From: Cetorhinus maximus
Taxonomy: Eukaryota
Reading direction: 5' to 3'
DNA length: 64,000 nucleotides
Assembly: GCF_964194155.1 (NCBI RefSeq)
Contig: NC_135896.1
Location: 31,000,001 to 31,064,000, forward strand
Below the pieces are notes generated by a model that worked only from the letters and a program-made list of their open reading frames with translations, had not been told where the DNA came from and searched no databases. The number at the start of each line of letters is the position of its first letter. Positions within the stretch are counted from its first letter, which is position 1. Both the position numbers and the translations under genes were made by a program. Shown here in pieces: positions 1 to 11,968 of this stretch.

Positions 1-269
1 AGATGCAATCTCACTTTAAAAGGTACCGGCTTGTCACTCACCTCAACCTGTCCACGTCACACTTGTGACCCAAGTTAAAATGGTGGCTTTACTATATAAA
101 CAATCCTGAGTTATCAAAATCAATAAGCGTTCCATTTATTTATGTGTAGCATTTTCAATTATATCTTGCAGTAAGAAATGGAAATAATGTAGTACTTTGT
201 ACCAAAGGAAATGTTATGTGAATCAAGTTTCCGCCATGCTTCAATCAACTCTCCATCTCTTAATTTCCC

Positions 270-450
270 CAGTAATGTAGTGCAGTATTTACAATACTGG
301 ACTAACAAGCCAGAAGTTCAAATCCTACAATGGCCAGTTATGAAATGGGGTTCAATGGATGTGGCAATTTATGGGCAGGATGCAGGGAAAATTATCATGA
401 GAAGTGCAGGCATCGTGTAATGTTCACTAATATCCTTCAGGGAAGGACAG
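270..450 (+). mobile_element. Degenerate tRNA-derived SINE fragment (HE1-like)
   Basis: B-box-like gttcaaatcc near 316 and a body ending gttcactaatatccttcagggaagga, resembling recalled shark SINEs. A related minus-strand copy lies at 27890-28070. Confidence 0.45.
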
Positions 451-804
451 AGTTTTTTTTCATTTCAGTCATGTGATATCGGTATTGCTGGCAAAGTTAG
501 CTCTTATTGCCCATTACTAATTGCCTTGGTGGTCAGTGCAGTCCCTGTGGTGAAGATTCTCCAACATTGCTGTTAGGGAGGGAGTTCCAGGATTTTGATC
601 TAGTGGCAGTGAAGGAATGGCAACGCATTTCCAAATCATGATGGTGTGTGACTTGGAGGGACTCCAAGTGTGGTGTGACTAGCAGATGGTCATGTTCCAA
701 AACACATGCTGCCCTTATTCTACTTGGTGGTCGAGGTCACGAGTTTGGAAGATGCTATCGAAGGAGCCTTGGCAAGTTGCTGCAGTGCAACTTGTAGATG
801 ATAC

Positions 805-2010
805 TGTAGGTAGGTGACCCCACACCTCCCCTCTTATACTCCTAATTCTAAGGATCAGCCTGAACCCATCCGGGTGGAGAAAATGGTCAAGTCTTCTTTT
901 CAATAGTTTATTGTACATTGATAAACTTACAAACATCAGTATCCTACTTCCTTTAAGTTATATTAGTACTTAAAATGCTGTTTATTATTTATAACTTACA
1001 AACATCAATACCCTGCTCCTTTTTAAGTTCAATCAGTACTCTACTCACACTGTTCCTGTACCTTCTGAGCTGCTCCCACGCTGTTAACACTTGAAGAAAA
1101 TACTGCTTTTGAAAAGTTGCTGCTTTTGTTGCTTATGTTCCATGAGCTTACTTGTCCCATTTTAGTTCGTCCAATCCCCTATTCAACTTATTTTCTGAGA
1201 AGCTCTATACTATGTAGTACAGCTGTTTCTGATAATCCTGTTACTGCTAAACACACGTTTCTTAAAACTACCACAAATCACATCCATGACAATGATTACC
1301 ACAAAGCCCCTACCCAAATCTGTGTCTTCTTACATATTGCAACAATCCCATATCCTGGGTTCATGAGTAGTCCATTAACATATGAAGGTGTTTCGATGGG
1401 GAATATCCTGGTTATAACATTATCAGGTTTTGCTCTAATCAAACAACACTTTGGGGTTAACATTTCCAAGGAATGTAGGGTCACATTCAGACACTGTGGC
1501 TTCATGTAGCTTGTTAGCCTGTAAGTACTATTTACAGTTCTATAGTTTGACCACAGTAGTTCAATGGTCAAGCCAAATCTTTTAACTGGATAGATGCATA
1601 CACATTGTGTGGTCTGATGGCTTCTGCTATTTCTTGATTGGTGTATTGAAAAAGTCACCCATTGTATCTATGCCAGGTTTGCAAACATTTTCTTTAGGTC
1701 CACTTTTGAGGTTCCTTGAATTCTTGGGAGGTAATGTTTGGCCAAGTTCTGAAAATTGTCCATTACAAATGGCCTTTTTGCAGTACATTCTTTGGGCTTT
1801 CAAATGTTAGCTTCTTTTAAGTTGAATGCATTCTTGCTGCAGGACTTGACCCCCAACTGACTATGTTCTGACTCCTCAGAATATCAGTCACTTTTAAACC
1901 AACTTTTCCTGTTCTTGCTAAGCCAAGACCTCATGCATTAATTTTCAGTGTCGGCTTTTAAATGCTGGCTTCTTTTAAGTTGAATGTGCTCTTGCTGAAG
2001 GATTGCTACA
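805..2010 (-). mobile_element. Solo LTR (~1.2 kb)
   Basis: Termini TGTAG...CTACA with a 4-bp TSD atac/gtac that rejoins the host LINE. Minus-strand AATAAA near 908-913. Internal direct repeats at about 1797-1843/1952-2001 and 921-970/991-1040. Confidence 0.7.
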
Positions 2011-2641
2011 GTACACACTTGGTTTGTCAGTGGTGAAGAGAGTGAATGTTTAAAGTGGTGGATGGGTTGCCAATCAAATAGGCTGCTTTGTCCTGGATGA
2101 CATTGAGCTTCTCGAGTTTTTTTGGAGTTGCACTCATCCCAGAAAGTTGAGAGCATTTCATCGCACTTCTGACTTGTGCCTTGAAGATGGAAGAAATACT
2201 TTGGTGAGCAAGGAGCTAAGTTACTCACCGCAGAATACCTAGCCTCTGAACTAGCCTGGTAGCCACGGTGTTTATGTGGCTAATCTAGTTAAGTTTCTGG
2301 TTGTTAGTGAAGGATGCAGTGATGATAATCCTGCTGAATGTCAAGGGCAGGTAGTTTGGCTCTCTTGTAGGAGATAATCCTTGCCTGGCACTTGATTGAT
2401 ACGCACGTTACTTGCCACTTATTATCCCAAGTCTGAATGTTGTCCATTATCTGACGTATTGCAAATGGAACTGAACACTGTGCAATCATCAACCAGCATC
2501 CCCACTTCTGACATTATGGTGGAAATAACGTCATTGTTGTAGCAATTGAAGACGCTTGGACCTAGGACACTGTCCTGCGGAACTTCTGCAGTGATGGCTT
2601 GGGGCTTAAATGGTTGCACTCCAATAACTACAACCATCTTC

Positions 2642-2696
2642 TCTCCACAGATTGTTGTCAGATCTGCTGAGCTTTTCCAGCATTTTCTGTTTTTAT
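2642..2696 (+). mobile_element. Short Penelope-type terminal fragment inserted in a LINE
   Basis: 13-bp TSD tacaaccatcttc (2629-2641 and 2697-2709). The insert is homologous to 47225-47270 (cagacctgctgagtttttccag). Confidence 0.7.
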
Positions 2697-3115
2697 TACA
2701 ACCATCTTCCTTTGTATTAGGTAAGACTCCAGCCAGTGAGTCTAATTTCCATTGACTTCACTTTTACAAGTTTCTTAATGCCACACTCAATCAAATGCTG
2801 CCTTGATATCAAGGGCAGTCATTCTCACATCACTTCTGGAATTCAGCTCTTTCGTTCATGTTTGGAGCAAAGCTGTAATGAGGTCAGGAGCTGAGTGGTC
2901 CTGCTGGACCCCAAACTGAATATTGTTGAACAGGTTATTGCTGAGTAAGTGGCACTTAATAGCACTGTCAACAATAGCTTCCATCACTTTGCTAAAGTTT
3001 AAGTATGGGCTGCTGGGGTGGTATTGGCCGGATTGCATTTGTCCTGCTTTTTGTAGGCAGGACATACTGAGGCGATTTTCCACATTGTCGGTGTTGTAGT
3101 ACTGGAAGTGCTTCT

Positions 3116-3353
3116 TGTAGTATAAAGGGTTATTGTTAAATATGTAAGTATATAGTCTACATCATCAGTGAGATAACAAAACATGACAACAGAGCATGGA
3201 GAGAGAAAGCTCTATGTAGAGCTTTGTGCTGATTCTGTATTGTACATAGCCTAATGCTCAATAAAAGGTAGTTTATCAAAAGACTAACCTCCCGCATTAT
3301 CTGTAAATCCAGACCTTTGACTGACTCATCTAAGACCCACAACGATGATAACA
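3116..3353 (+). mobile_element. Short solo LTR
   Basis: TGTAG...TAACA termini and AATAAA at about 3260. Homologous along its length to the TSD-flanked LTR at 35603-35895. Confidence 0.65.
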
Positions 3354-4146
3354 TACTTGAGTATCGCTAAAAAAAGAGACTTGTTGAAGTTTTTCATCTT
3401 ACATTCATTAGGATACTTCACAATATTACCAATATAAGGCGAAAACAGCAATCTATACTATATGAGAAGAGAATGCTGATTGGCTGGCGAGTGGAATCCG
3501 ATTGGTAGAGACATTGCCATGGAGAATGCATCAATTGATAGTAACAGTTTGCAATGGGCAAGATACAGACTGTACCCAACCAGCCCGTGCTTGCAAAACT
3601 CAAAACACGGTGTCCAACATTAAATGTGCTTCCGTAATTGGATAACATTTGCTAAATAATCCTCAGTGTGCTAAGAATTACGCCGAGAACTGATTTAAGA
3701 TTGTCAGTCGGGCTCACAGTATGGCACATTTGGGTACACTGGAAGCTACACACATATATACATATACACAGGGTCTGTGCAGACAGAAAGAACACGTACA
3801 CACATTGTGCCTGTTTCAGCTAAACAAAATAGGTGACAGCCATTTGCTGACTCATTCCTCAGAGCAATGTCTTGACCAATCAGGGTCAAGTTGCCTGGTT
3901 TAAATTTCAGACAATGCTTGGTAGTTAACCGGCGGTCACCATCAATTAGTGAGTTCTCCATGGCAATGGCTCTGCCAATCATAGACCACTTAACAACCAA
4001 TCAACATTCTCATCTCATACAGTATAACGTGTGTTTTCCCATTACATTGCTATTCTTGCTTAGTGTCCTGATGAGTGCAAGACGAAGCTTTGACATGTCT
4101 CTTTTTTCAGCAATACTCAAGCTCTGTACGACCAAATGACTATTTG
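3354..4146 (+). mobile_element. 5'-truncated Penelope-like element with an inverted pseudo-LTR and GIY-YIG C-terminus
   Basis: 3355-3530 is the reverse complement of about 3950-4120. The middle translates LNNPQCAKNY...FKIVSRAHS.AHL..LEA.HI...LCRQKEHVHTL, typical of a Penelope endonuclease end. gataaca is repeated at both flanks (3347-3353 and 4147-4153). Confidence 0.8.
4064..4095 (+). ncRNA. Minimal type I hammerhead ribozyme motif (Penelope pLTR)
   Basis: tgtc-CTGATGA-gt(gcaag)ac-GAA-gct-tt-gaca. Helix I is tgtc/gaca. The helix III region is shortened by an A deletion relative to the sister copies. Confidence 0.7.
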
Positions 4147-4959
4147 GATAACAGAGTTCTGTGATGGTGGAGCCCTCGGGAGGTGGCCTAGATAGAGCCT
4201 GGATTACATATAACTGTAGTCCCAGTCTATATAATTAACTCTAAATGCACGCAAAAGTGGCTTAGCAAGCAACTCAGTTTTAAAACTAAATGCTATGGGA
4301 AGGTGCCCTACACTGCTTTCTTGGTAACTAGGCATGAGAAATAAATCTTTTCCTCAGATGCCAAGAATGAACACTTCTATAAAAGACATGAAACAGATGA
4401 TACATAAAGGAAAACATGCACATATTCTGAAAGCAGAAGGATTCTGCTGTTGGTCTGTTTCATAACTGTTGTAATTATTTAACGGAGTATGACTGGCTTT
4501 CCTGGGTGGTGGCCAATACTCTACTGGACTCCATTTGGCAGTTGCAGTGTTAGATTGGTGATATTATTCCCTCCTTTCTCTCTTTGTCCTCAAATCTGAA
4601 GCGATAGAATTGCCTTGTGTGATGAAAGAGTTCGAATTTTAGCTAAGCAGTTAACCAACCACATTGGCACATGGACTTTTCCCATGGCCCATTTAATGAA
4701 GATACCTTCAGAAGCAACTGACAACTGCTGATCTCATTACATTCTGTGCCACTCTTTCAATTAGAATCTTGACATAAAATATTTACAATCACTTGTGTTG
4801 CTGTATATTGGATATAATTGCCCATTTACTTGAAAATGTAAGCAACTTGAACAAATAATAATATGGTATAGTAGGCCTTACTGGTGCTGAAATATTGACA
4901 TTTACCTATATTCCCTTAGATAGTCTTGAATGCTGTGCAATTAAATTAAAAACGTGTAC

Positions 4960-5280
4960 ATATAATCTAGTCTGATACTCCAGTGTAGCACTAACTGCAC
5001 TGTTAGCAGTGCCACTTTTCAGATGGGACATTAAAGCGAGGCTTTGTCTGCCCTCTCAGCTGGATGCCCGGTGAACTGGCCATTATTTATCCTCAACCAA
5101 CATTACATGCAAAAAAGAGACAGCTGACCTAGTTATGATCTCATTGTTATTTGTGGAACCTTACTATGTGCAAAATTGGCTAACAAATTTTCGACATTGT
5201 AATAATGGCCACAGTTCGAAATTTTGCCATTCACCGTACAATGCTTTTGGGATGTGCCGAAGACATGGGAGCGCTACAAC
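4960..5280 (+). mobile_element. Deu-domain SINE (SacSINE1/AmnSINE-like), degenerate
   Basis: ctccagtgtagcact..ctgcactgt..gtgcca..tttcagatgggacattaaagcgagg...tctgccctctcag and tatttatcctcaaccaaca...gtgcaaaattggct match the recalled DeuSINE consensus. Confidence 0.7.
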
Positions 5281-5284
5281 TGAG

Positions 5285-5495
5285 CCATGGCTGAGAGGAC
5301 AGTAGAAGATGATAGTTTAATGAACATTGTCAAAGGTTGTTGGAGGAGGATGAGAAGAGAGAACTTACCACAGTTAGGGTAACACATAATTTTGTTGTTA
5401 ACTTTGACCAAGGCAGTTGCGGTGCTCTGTGTGAGATGGAAGCTAAATTGAGGGAATTTGAATGAAGAGTACTGAAAGAGCTGGGAAAAAATCAT
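5285..5495 (-). mobile_element. L2 LINE RT fragment
   Basis: ORF 5274-5495 contains QSTATALVKVNNKI...KFSLLILL, matching the L2 RT motif HSTETALVKVxNDI...LILLD. Confidence 0.65.
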
Positions 5496-6459
5496 TTAAA
5501 GAACATTGAATTACTGTTTTTTCAGCGGCCTGTTAAGGTTACCTTATGCCAAATATCAACGGATGGGGCTTGGTACACCCATTGGAATCGTAAAATTACA
5601 TCATGCATATTATAGCAATCTGTTTTGCCTGAAGCAGGCAAAGGCCACATGATCGGATGATAATTGTGACAAGCGAACTGACAGCATGTATAAGTAGTAG
5701 ACTGCTCTCTTCCTTGCGTCCTACCCAATTCCCAACTAAAAATAAGCATGAAAATCTGCCCCATTGCTTTTCTTGTGGTCACCGTCCACATTTCACACTG
5801 CACTGAACCAGTGTCCTACAGCAGACTCCGCGAATTGCCAAACAGAGTGCTAATTACGAGAACCCAACAGTGAACTGGTTTCATCTTCAGTCATTTTCAC
5901 TTCATCTACATCTTACTGTCACAGTCTTCTCATTCATGCTGAGGCTGGCACACAGCCTGGAGCAGAGGAAACAATCTTTGAGTATTTCAATTATGGTTCT
6001 CTGTATGACAGAAGTAGTATAATACAAAATCAGTAGGAAATCCAGCCAAGTACAAAGCAGTGCTTTTCCAAGGCATTGTTTCATTGTACACAAGGTTCAC
6101 AATTTATTACTAAATTTGACACATTCAAGAATTATCCTTTGCCATTATTTATGTCTTGTTCCAATGTACTCTCTTTTTCCTCTGGGGCCATTAGCACTGG
6201 ATACAGTGGGGTTCCATTGCGGCAGTAGTGCTCTAGTACCTCAACTTGGTAAGAGCTTTTCAGATGTGAGCCAGCAGACCAAGAAATCATTGGGAGCCTC
6301 ACAGTCAAACCTAGGCCAGTCATCTCCTTAGCTTGGGATCGTTGAACCCTTACGGTTGAGGTCAACCAACTCAGGTCAGAACGGGATTGAGCCTTGGACA
6401 TTTCTTGATGAGTTGCACTCTGGGTACCGCACTTAACAACGGTGTCACCTACGACAGCC

Positions 6460-6730
6460 ACAACAACAAATTGCATTTATATAGCATCTTTAACATGGTA
6501 AAACCTCCCCAGGTGCTTCACAGGAGCAATATCAAACAAAATTTGACGCCAAGATACATTAGTATATAATAAGGCAGATGAGCAAACGCTTCGTCACAGA
6601 GTTGTCCTTAAGCAATGTCTTAAAGGAGGAGAGAGAAGTAAAGAGGCGGAGAAGTGTAGGGAGAGAATTCCTGATCTTAGATCCTTGAACGCTGAACAAT
6701 GCTCACCAGTGGTGGAGCGGTTAAAGGCTG
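6460..6730 (-). mobile_element. L2 LINE 3' end fragment
   Basis: caacaacaaattgcatttatatagc...gtgcttcacagg is the reverse complement of an L2-type tail. A + strand tail of the same kind lies at 29005-29072. Confidence 0.6.
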
Positions 6731-7129
6731 CGTCTGGTACCAATGCAACACTGCTGCTAGGTGGCGCACTGCTCGCACATGCGCAAACGCTGTGTGTTTG
6801 AGCGACACACCTCTGCCAGTGACAGCTCATGCAACTGCCCATAAGAAAGATGGTGCTGCTCAATTGTTCACAGTCAAGAATCACAAATAACACTGTATTA
6901 ATATGAGACAATGGACAGAATTTTCCCAGATATGCACTAAGTGTGGTAGTGGGCGGATATAAGAACATTTTACCCGCCGGCCGTGATGACGGGTTTTCAC
7001 ACCGTATTGTCCAAAAACCACCTCAGCATTTATGTATTCCCGGGAAACACACTGTTTCCATGGCGGGCAGGCTCTATTTCGCCCTCCTGCAAGCACCCCG
7101 CTGTTGTATCACACCGGCCGCCATGTTTA

Positions 7130-10100
7130 TGGAGTCATAGAGTCATGGAGGTCTACAGCACAGAAAAAGGCCCTTCGGCCCATCGAGTCTGCACCAGTCA
7201 AACAAGTACCTAACTATTCTAATCCCATTTTCCAGCACTAGGCCCATAGCCTTGTATGCCATGGCATCGCGAGTGCACATCCAAATACTTCTTAAATGTT
7301 ATGAGGGTTTCTGCCTCTACCACCCTTTCAGGCAGTGAGTTCCAGATTCCCACCACCCTCTGGGTGAAAAAATTCTTCCTCTCATCCCCTCTAAACCTCC
7401 TGCCCCTTACCTTAAATCTATGCCCCCTGGTTATTGATCCCTCCACCAAGGGGAAAAGTTCCTTCCTGTCTACCCTATCTATGTCACTCATAATTTTATA
7501 CACCTCAATCATGTCCCCCCTCAATCTCCTCTGCTCCAGGGAAAATAACCCCAGTCTATCCAACCTCTCCTCGTAACTAAAACTCTCCAGCCCAGGCAAC
7601 ATCCTGGTAAATCTCCTCTGCACTCTCTCTAGTGCAATCACATCCTTCCTATGATGCAGATTCCAGAACTGCACGCAATACTCTAGCTGTGGCCGAACCA
7701 GCATTTTATACAGTTCCAGCATAACCTCCCTGCTCTTATATTCTATGCCTCGGCTAATAAAGGCAGGTATCCCATATGCTTTCTTAACCATCTTATCTAC
7801 CTGTCCTGCTACCTTAAGGGACCGGTGGACATGCACACCAAGATCCCTCTGATCCTCAGTACTTCCCAGGGTCCTACCATTCATCGTGTATTCCCGTGCC
7901 TTGTTTGTCCTGCCCAAGTGCATCACCTCACACTTATCCAGATTAAATTCAATTTGCCACTGATCAGCCCATCTGACTAGCCTGTCTATGTCCTCCTGTT
8001 ATCTAAGACTATTCTCCTCACTATTTACCATGCCACCAATTTTCGTGTCATCCGCAAACTTACTGATCAACCCTCCTACATTCAAGTCTAAATTGTTTAT
8101 ATATACCACAAACAGCAAGGAACCCAACTCCGATCCCTGTGGAACCCCACTGGACACAGGCATCCAGTCACAAAAACACCCCTCGACCATCACCCTCTGC
8201 TTCCTGCCACTCAGCCAATTCTGGATTCAATTTGCCAAACTGCCTTGGATCCCATGGGCTCTTACCTTTGTTATCAGTCTCCCATGTGGGACCTTATCAA
8301 AAGCTTTGCTGAAGTCCAAGTAAACTACGTCAAATGCATTGCCCTCATCTTTTACAACTTATGAGTAGAGATAAACCAACAGAGAACAGCAATAACATAT
8401 AATCATATTTTAAAAGTACTTCTAGAACAAACCCTTGTAATGATTAAGGTTGCACAATGCTAGAAGCTATTATTCTAACACCAGTCACTGCCTGTGATGT
8501 TTTGTATGTGAACAGAGATAATGTGGGGAAATTTCTTCTGCGATCTTCATATAAAGCTATTGAGTATATAGAATGAATTAGATCTTGCTGCTCGCAAAGA
8601 GGCAACCTTCTACCTGGTCACCTCTTCGAAAAATTCAATCAAATTGGTCAGACATGACCTCCCCTTAACAAAACCATGCTGACTGTCCTTGATTAATCCC
8701 TGCCTCTCCAACTGTAGATTAATTCTGTCCCTCAGAATTGCTTCCAATAGTTTCCCCACCACTGAGGTTAGACTGACTGGCCTGTAGTTCCCTGATTTAT
8801 CCCTTCCTCCCTTCTTGAATACTGGTACCACATTGGCTGTCCTCCTGTCCTCTGGCACCTTTCCTGTGGCCAGAGAGGTATTGAAAATTATTGCCAGCGC
8901 CCCTGCTATCTCCTCCCTTGCCTCACTCAACAGCCTGGGATACGTTTCATCCGGGCCTGGAGATTTATCTACTTTTAAGCCTGCCAGGCCACATAGAACC
9001 TCCTCCCTATCTATGCTAATTTCTTTAATTATATCACAGTCCTTCTGCCTGATTTCCATACCCATGTCGTCCCTCTCACTTGTGAACAACAATACAAAGT
9101 ATTCATTTTGAACCCTACCTATGTCTTCCAGCGCCACACACACATTACCACTATGGTCCTTAATGGGCCCTACTCTTTCCCTATTTATCCTCTTACTCTT
9201 AAGGTACTTGTAAAATAACTTTAGATTTTCCTTTATTTTACCTGCCAATGTATTTTCATGCCCCCTTTTTGCTCTCCTAATTTCCTTTTTAAGTTCCCCC
9301 CTACACATTCTATACTCCTCTAGGGCTTCCGCTGTTTTGAGCCCTCGGTATCTGCCATAAGCCTCCCTTTTTCTCTTTATCAAATCCTGTATATCCCTCG
9401 ACATCCAGGATTCCCTGGATTTGTTGGTCCCACCCTTTGTCTTTACTGGTTTATGTTGGCCCTGTACTCTCCCTATTTCCTTCTTGAATGAGTCCCACTG
9501 CTCTGACACAGATTTACCTAAAAGCAGCTTCTCCCAGTCCACTCTGGCCAAATCATATCTGATCTTATTAAAATTGGCCTTCCCCCAATTTAGAACTCTG
9601 ATTTCTGGTCCATCCTTGTCCTTTTCCATAACAACCTTGAATCTAACGGAGTTATGATCACTATCTGCAAAATGCTCCCCCACTGATACCTCTGTCACTT
9701 GCCTGGCTTCATTCTCTAAAATTAAGTCCAGGACCACCCCCTATCTTGTAGGACCTTATACATACTGGCTTAAAAAGCTCTCCTGGATGCATTTTAAGAA
9801 TTTCATTCCCTCTAAACCTATCACACTAAGAATAACCTAGTTAATGTTGGGGAAGTTGAAATCCCCCACAATTACTACCCTATTATTTTTACACTTCTCT
9901 GAAATTTGCCTTAATATCTGCTCTTCTATTTCTCTCTGACTGTTTGGGGGCCTATAGTACACTCCCAGAAATGTGATTGCTCCTTTTTTGTTTTTAAGTT
10001 CTACCCATATGGCTTCATTTGAGGAGCCTTCTCAGATGTCATCCCTCCTTACTGCTGTAATGGATTCCTTGATCAATATTGTGATACCCCCCCCTCTTTT

Positions 10101-10190
10101 ACCTCATTCCGTGTCTCGCCTGAAGACCCTATATCTTGGAATATTGAGCTGCCAATCCTGCCCCTCTCTCAACCATGTCTCTGTGACAGC
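7130..10190 (-). mobile_element. CR1 LINE, 5'-truncated within the endonuclease; ORF2 (APE endonuclease plus RT) nearly intact
   Basis: ORFs 8610-9737 (SDHN, KSPGPD, NYRPVSLTSVVGKLLE, SQHGFVKGRSCLTNL), 7999-8193 (GVPQGS, KFADDTK) and 7219-7926 (LVRPQLEYCVQFW, LERVQRRFTRM). AVTETWL near 10170-10190. (gagtcata)-type 3' tail at 7130-7150. Confidence 0.95.
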
Positions 10191-10229
10191 AAAAGGCAGC
10201 TGCTAGCTCACCACCGCTGCCAGGGAGAC

Positions 10230-11968
10230 ATGGCCGGCAAAGGAAAAAAAAACGCAGCTCCCTCCTCCCTGCCACCCCCCCCCCCCACCCCGAGTTTAAT
10301 GACAGGTCCCTCGAGCGAATGCTGGATGCTGTGGAGGCACATGTGATGTCCTGTACCCACACTCTGGCCACATGGCGGGCAGCAACGTGACCAATCTGAC
10401 TTGGGAGGGAGTGGCAGCAGTGGTCAGCGCCAACGCAGTTCAGAAGAGGACAGCCACCCAGTGCCGCATGAGGATGAATGTTCTCTTCTGTTCTGCCAGG
10501 GTAAGTCACTCTTCTCATTGCTCTCAGCTCACACACTCACAAACTCAGCACACATCCACAGGACCCTCACTCACTGCCAGTTGAAAGGACATCACCATTC
10601 ACTCTCCCACACACACCTTCATTGTCCTCAGCCCATCCATGGGATCACTCACCAGCCGCACAGGCCAGGCACATCTATCATCTGGCCTGGCAGGTGTCCT
10701 GCTTACACTTTTTCCAACTCTATCCATGTAGGACAAGCTGGCACACAACAAGAGGTAGAGGTCGCAGACCGGTGGCGTAATGTCCGAAATCAAGGTCTTC
10801 GTGGACATTGAAAACAGAGCCATCCAGCTGGCCGGCGAGGATCTGGATCATTCCTGTGCTGACGGTGAGGTTGGTGCTGCTCTACCAAGTGAGGGTCCAG
10901 CAGTGCAACATCCATCAGACAACCATGCTGTGAGTGACGTGTCCTGTTTCACAGGCCACTGCCATGCACTAATTATCTCTCCTTGCTTTTGAAGGCACAT
11001 CTGGGAAACAGTCGATGGAGTCCATGACCCAGGGCCTCCAATCAAGCTCTGAAGAAACCTCTGAAGAGGAATCTGCAGGCACAATCCCTGAAGTCCTGTC
11101 ACAGCGCTCACCCACACCCTCCACCAGTGCATAGGCACACACCTCAGTGAGACCTAGGCCTAGAATAGGCACAGAATCACATACTGGTAAGCACAGTGCA
11201 TAGTCTGATCCACAGCAGGCAGGATCTTCCAAGGTCCCCGGCATTTGGAGGGCTGCTGGAGGCAAGGAACCTGTTGAGTCCGAGTCAGGTGATGAGGCTC
11301 TGGACTCGGTCATGTCACAGTTGCTGGAGCTGCAAAGGCAAGCTCGGGAACATCAGGCAGAGATGTCTGCTGCACTCCTCAGATTGCAAGGCACAAAGAA
11401 GGAGTCCATCCATCTTCAGGATGAGGTGATAGCACCGGCATTGCAACGTACCGAGGTCAACACTGGCAGGATGACGGCCGCCATGGAGAGCTTGGTCTAG
11501 GATGTCGCTCCTGCACTGCTGCGCAGGCTTAACTCCATCGCTGATGCCATAGTTGTCCTCCAACGGCGCATACACGAGAGGGGTGTCGCTCAGCTTGATC
11601 TCACTCCAGCCACCTCTTCCCCTCACTGAGCCAGCCAGGGGCCCTCGGGCGCCCATAAGGAGGAGGATCAGCAGGTGCACACCCCAGGTTCATCCACCCA
11701 GGTGACTCTTCGAGTATCCGGCCCATCCAAATCCCCTCTTCCTGTGACCTCCGCAGATCCAGCTCCACAGGCCGAGGAGGGTGCCACTGCCACACAGCAG
11801 GACCCCGAAAGCAGGCTGATTCCCTCCAACTCTCGGCTCTCCAGAGGACGCCCGCCAAAGTCATCACAGACAGGGCATCACAGTCAACAGGATGCCTCCA
11901 CCTCCACTGTGGATGTCCGGGGAGCACCTAGATGTAATGGCAGGGTTAGGACAGTTAAGGAAAAGTAG
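10230..11968 (+). pseudogene. Harbinger Myb/SANT-like DNA-binding protein gene, three exons, frameshifted
   Basis: ATG at 10230. Exon 1 runs to 10500 (WEGVAAVVSANAVQKRTATQCRMRMN), then GTAAGT. Exon 2 is 10732-10888 and exon 3 is 10995-11968. AATAAA at about 12023. Frameshifts and stops are present. Confidence 0.8.

Larger units (their letters stand above)
465..3110 (-). mobile_element. Decayed CR1/L2-group LINE (RT and 3' end), split by an LTR at 805-2010 and a short insert at 2642-2696
   Basis: Minus-strand ORF fragments with RT motifs: VPQDSVLGPSVF, LVDDCTVF, QTWDNKWQVT, NIQFGVQQDHS, CPAYKKQDKCNPAN. The sequence is collinear with the + strand copy at 19190-19990. Confidence 0.85.

Noticed and set aside
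5880-6450. Possible host exon or exons in unique sequence
   Set aside because: No recognisable protein and no convincing acceptor-ORF-donor set. A small exon cannot be excluded without RNA-seq.
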